A stretch of 64,000 nucleotides of DNA from the human T2T-CHM13v2.0 reference genome, Homo sapiens. Shown here one piece after another: positions 58,884 through 64,000 of this stretch (the first letter of the stretch is position 1; every line of letters begins with the position of its first letter). Where the stretch lies: assembly GCF_009914755.1 (NCBI RefSeq), contig NC_060927.1; one strand, 5' to 3'. A program made the translations under genes and the position numbers. The notes under the pieces are model-generated. The model was not told the DNA's origin, ran no database searches, and saw nothing but the letters and a program-made list of their open reading frames with translations.

Positions 58884-61200
58884 TATGTTAGCCTGTTTTC
58901 ATGCTGTTGATAAAGACATACCTGAAACTGGGAAGAAAAAGAAGTTTAATGGACTTACAGTTCCACGTAGCTAGGGAGGCCTCACAATCATGGTGGAAGG
59001 CAAGGAGGAGCAAGTCTTGTCTTAATGGATGGTGGTAGGCAAAGAGAAGAGAGAATGAGAGCCAAGCAAAACGGGTTTCCCCTTATCAAACCATCAGATC
59101 TCATGAGACTTGTTCACTATCATGAGAATGGTATGGGGGAAACCACCCCATGATTCAATTATCTCCCACTGAGTCCCTCCCACAATGCATGGGAATTATG
59201 AGAGAACAATTCAAGATGAGATTTGGGTGGGGACACAGAGCCATACCATATCATTCTGCCCCAGACCCCCTCCCAAATCTCATGTCCTCACATTTCAAAA
59301 CCAATCGTGCCTTCCCAACCATCACCCAGAGTCTTAATTCATTTCAGCATTAACTCAAAAGTCCACAGTCCAAAGTCTCATCTGAGACAAGGCAAGTCCC
59401 TTCTGCCTATAAGCCTATAAAATCAAAAGCAAGTTAGTTACTTCCTAGATACGATGGGGGTACAGGCATTGGGTAGATACAGCCATTCTAAATGGGAGGA
59501 ACTGGCCAAAACAAAGGGGCTACAGGCCCCATGCAAGTCCAAAATCTAGCAGCACAGTCAAATCTTAAAGGTCCGAAATGATCTCCTTTGACTCCATGTC
59601 TCATATCCAGGTCACACTGATGCAGGAGGTGCATTCCCATGGTCTTGGGCAGCTCCACCCCTGTGGCTTCGCAAGGTATAGTCTTCCTACCGGGTGCTTT
59701 CACTGGCTGGCATTGAGTGTCTGCAGCTTTTCCAGGTGTATAGTGCAAGCTCTCCATGGATCTATCATTCTGGGGTCTGGAGGATGGTGGCCCTCTTCTC
59801 ACAGCTCCACTTGGTGGTGCCCCAGCAGGGACTCTGTGTGGGGGCTCCCACCCCACATTTCTCTTCTGCACTGCCCCACCAGAAGTTCTCCATGAGGACC
59901 CTGCCCCTACAGCAAACTTCTTCCTGGGCATCCAGGCGTTTCCAGATATCTTCTGAAATCTAGGTGGAGGTTACCAAACCTCAATTCTTGACTTCTGTGC
60001 ACTCGATGGCTCAACACCATGTGGAAGCTGCCAAGGCTTGAGGCTTGCACCCTCTGAAGCTATGGCCCAAGGTCTACACTGGCCCCTTTCAGCCACGGCT
60101 GGAGAGGTTGAGACACAGGGCACCAAGTCCCTAGGCTGCACCCAGCACAGGGACCCATGGCCTGACACATGAAACCATTTTTTCTTCCTAGGCCTCCGAG
60201 CCCATGATGGGAGGGGCTGCTGTGAAGACCTCTGACAAGCTCTGGAGATATTTTCCCCATTTTCTTGAGGATTAACATTCAGCTTGTTACTTATGCAAAT
60301 TTCTGCAGCCTGCTTGAATTTCTCCTCAGAAAATGGGATTGTCTTTACTACTGCATTGTTAGGCTGCAAACTTTCCAAACTTTTATGCTCTGCTTCCCTT
60401 ATAAAACTGATTGCCTTTAACAGCATCCAAGACACCTCTTAAAGGTTTTGCTGCTTCGAAATTTCTTCCGCCAGATACCCTAAATCATCTCCCTCAAGTT
60501 CAAGGTTCCACAAATCTCCATGGCAGGGGCAAAATGCTACCAGTCTCTTTGCTAAAACATAACAAGAGTTACCTCTGCTCCAGCTCCCAACAAGTTCCTC
60601 ATCTCCATCTGAGACCACCTCAGCCTGGACCTTATTGTTACATCACTATCAGAATTTTTGACAAAGCCATTCAACAAGTCTCTAGACAGTTCTAAACATT
60701 CCTGCATTTCCTGTCTTCTTCTGAACCCTCCAAACTGTTCCAACCTCTGCCTGTTATGCAGTTCCAAAGTTGCTTCCACATTTTTGGGTATCTTTTCAGC
60801 AATGCCCCATTCTGCTGGTACCATTTTACTGTGTTAGCCTGTTTTCACACTGCTGATAAAGACATACCCAAGACTGGGAAGAAAAAGAAGTTTAATGGAC
60901 TTACAGTTCCACATGGCTAGGGAGGCCTCACAATCATGGCAGAAGGCAAGGAGGAGCAAGTCATGTCTTACATGGATGGCGGCAGGCAAAAAGAAGAGAG
61001 AATGAGAGCCAAGTGAAATGGGTTTTCCCTTTTTAAACCATCAGATCTTGTGAGACTTATTCACTACCATGAGAACAATATGGGGGAAATTGCCCCATGA
61101 TTCAATTATCTCCCACCAGGTCCCTCCCACAATGCATGGGAATTATGGGAGTACAATTCAAGATGAGATTTGGGTGAGGACAAAGAGCCAAACCATATCA
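58884..61200 (-). mobile_element. Complete THE1A/THE1B MaLR element (LTR-int-LTR)
   Basis: LTRs at 58884-59253 and 60830-61200, THE1-int at 59254-60829, exact TSD GATGG (58879-58883, 61201-61205). Confidence 0.93.
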
Positions 61201-62505
61201 GATGGGAAAGCTTGGAGGGGTCAAACCATGTTGCACCATTCTCAGCAGTTTGTTATCTCTGTGTGCCAGTAAGAAGCTATTTAAAGGCTTAAGGCATAGG
61301 AAAAAGTCACATTTTGTTTTAGAAGAGTAATTGGCTATCACATGTAAATGACATTGACCTTGAATGGAGCAAAACTAAAAGCAAAGAGCTCACTTAATAT
61401 TTGTGTTGATCATCTGAACAAAGACTGAAACAGAACTGAACAAAGGCAACAGAGGCGAGGATGTGATGGGTGGATTTGACAGCTGTTTGTAACTAAAATA
61501 GGCAAGCTTTGGTAACTGATGAAAGGAAGAAGGAAGGATGGCTTAAAGTCTAGACTAATTCCTAAATTTCTGGATTGTATGACTAAGTAAAAGACGATGT
61601 ATTCTGCAATTGGTTCCCTGTCAGAGAAGGAATGCTAAAAAGGTGCAAGATAGGGGAAAATGATAAAAGGATAAACATATCAATCAAAGACTTAACGTCA
61701 AATAAAAAACACTGGTTTCAAGCTTCCAAATGTGTATATGTGTGTTTTAATTTCCTTTCTTCAAAAGTAGTGTACATTTTTATAATAAATTAGATCTGAC
61801 AGTCTGCTTTATTCTGCACTTGATACCTAATATATGTATGTGTATTTCTAACAAAGTCTAAATATACCCAGGGGGCTTGTTTATTAATTGAATTTCCTGA
61901 GGCATAATTCTTTCCCTTGGGGTGCTAATAACCTGATAATTTCAGATCTTTAATGCTTAGATATATTAATGAGAACAAATAACTTTGTAAAGACTCTATT
62001 ATTCATATTTGTCTTTTAACTTTTATTATAATATGAATTTCTTTCATTATCCCCTACCATACACATACAAACTTTTCTATTTTAGGAAGCCTTCAACAAT
62101 GACCTGTTGTTGTGTTAACATTCAAAAGACAATCTTATCATATCTAAAAGTGTCACCTCAAATGCATTGCTTCTAGTAGGAAGAAATTTGCTCCTGATTT
62201 TTGAGAGGTTAAATGAAGCCAGAAGGCTCCTGTGTCCTCTCATCAACCTCCCCTCCAGTCTGTTCTCTCAATCTTCCCACTGGGTGAATTAGTGCTACCT
62301 ATTATGTGAGCCCTCAGATGTGGAAAAGGCAGCAGCTTCTTTCAAGCAGGAGAGGCTGGGTGAAGCTGCCCTTTAGCACAATGGGGGACAAATTGCCTAG
62401 AGAAGGGGCAGTGAGTTGGGTCTGCCAGGTCTCATGGCACCCGAAGCTGAGCACAGCCCCCACCTGGAGGAAGAGAGGCTCCTGAGGATATGACAGAAGG
62501 GTCAA

Positions 62506-62904
62506 TGTATTAGCATTCCTGCTGCTATGAAAAGACATCTGAGGACTACGTAATTTATAAAGAACATACATTTGTTTCTCAAAGATCTGGAGACTGGGAT
62601 GTCCAAGATCAAAGCGCTGACGAGTTCAGTGTCTGGAGTCTCTGCTTCCAAGATAACACCTTGAACTCTGTGTCCTCCAGAGAAATTGAACATTTCCCTC
62701 GGATGGCAGAAGGGATGGAAAAGGGCAAAAAGAGGGTCTAGCTTATTCTCTCTAGCCCTTTTATAACGTTACTAATCCCATTCATGTGGGTTCCACCTTC
62801 ATGTCTTAATTACCTTGTGAAGGGTCCATCTCTTAATACTATCACGTTGATGACTAAGTTTCAACATGAATTTTGGAAGGATCACAAACATTCACACCAT
62901 AGCA
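62506..62904 (-). mobile_element. MST-type MaLR solo LTR (MSTC/D-like)
   Basis: TGTATTAG...GCTGCTATGAAAAGACATCTGAG...TTTCAACATGAATTTTGGAAGG...ACCATAGCA. Confidence 0.75.
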
Positions 62905-64000
62905 GTTTACATGACAAAAGAGTGGAAGGCATACAACAAGGGATGATTGGATGTAACCATGGACAAAGTTATCCTGAGTACAGCTGTGACAAAAAGGGCT
63001 CTGAGAAAAATTCAAACTGCGTGACTCTGATATGTGCAAGTATCAGAAAATTCAAACATGGTTTGAGTTTATTTAACTTGAAAAGTGATTAAATGTTGTA
63101 GAAAATTTACAGATGGCAAACCTCCAGCATTTGTATTAATCATGCAATTGTCACAGTTCCATTCCAATGGCTTTTCGTGCTGTTGTTGTTGTATAGCATT
63201 AGCTCTCTCTGGGTGCTTTTGGTGCACTTGATATTAAAATCAACTCTGAAATCATACTACCTTGGGTGATTTTAAACCTTTGTGATAGAGCATAAAATAT
63301 CTGGGAACATCAAAGTCAAGTCACACCTAAAACTTCTGCCTAAGATACTGACCACCTGCATAAAACTTTTCAGCTATATCATGTCCCTAGAAATTCAGCT
63401 TAACTACACAAATTTATTTTTTGATCAGAAAAGTGTGTGAAGTTTTATATATGAAAGTCAAGATTTTTTTGAAAGCCAAGATTTTTAAAACTTGGAAATA
63501 GATGGGTCCAAATAGTGTGGCAACCTAAAAAATCATATGCTTAAATCTTCAGATATCTACTGAAAGTCTACGTGAATATAAACAGAAGAGCTGGGAGACT
63601 GTAACAGCCCTGGTAACTAGAGAAATGGTCTCAGCCACAGGCCAGAAACTTTAAGGAAGTTTTGCAATACGGAATGCAGATAAGGCCCAGACCAAAACAC
63701 CTGATAACCCTTGGCAGTTTGATTATTTGGTGCCCTTTCAACTCCATATTCTTTAATATCTGATAAGCATTTATATATAAAGGCCATGAGGGGTTGTCTG
63801 AAAGGGGCAGGGGATTGGAGAGCTAATGAAGGGCAATATGGAGTCTTAGTCTTCCCATCTTTCAACTTGGACATGCTACTCAACAGTTAATAGGAGCTCC
63901 CGCTATGCCACGAGCTGTTGTGGTGATCTTGTTTGACCTGAGTAGGTTCCTTGTGCACTCAATCCCCACTTCAACCAGATCATCAAAGTATTCTTTCTCA

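Noticed and set aside
59488-60824. ORFs in the THE1 internal region as genes
   Set aside because: Fragmented, overlapping frames typical of decayed MaLR internal sequence.
63880-64000. Minus-strand open frame EKEYFDDLVEVGIECTRNLL... at the window edge
   Set aside because: It runs into MIR-like terminal sequence and stops after about 39 codons; no recognisable homology.

Overview
Primate, very likely human, genomic DNA: AT-rich, CpG-depleted, and full of Alu, L1, L2, MIR, MaLR/ERV LTR and hAT relics. I can support no intact host protein-coding exon. Every convincing ORF in the track belongs to decayed L1 ORF1/ORF2, and the rest look like chance ORFs. Positions 1-~4800 are almost repeat-free and end in a good + strand poly(A) signal, so they look like the distal 3' UTR of an upstream gene that I cannot name. 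The rest is repeat-dominated. It includes a full-length but dead L1PA3/PA4 (44308-50664), a twin-primed 5'-inverted older L1PA (32472-36245), a complete THE1 MaLR element (58884-61200), several nested LTRs, a 42-nt tailless 5S rRNA retrocopy, and two strong same-orientation CTCF motifs. The most unusual structure is a 235-bp multi-switch templated insertion inside the L1 5' UTR, copied from the element's own upstream flank. A fold-back duplication inside an Alu tail is a second such event. I cannot support a new gene system here; the notable signals are DNA-repair and retrotransposition scars plus candidate regulatory sites. Repeat family names come from my recall of consensus sequences and need RepeatMasker/Dfam confirmation.
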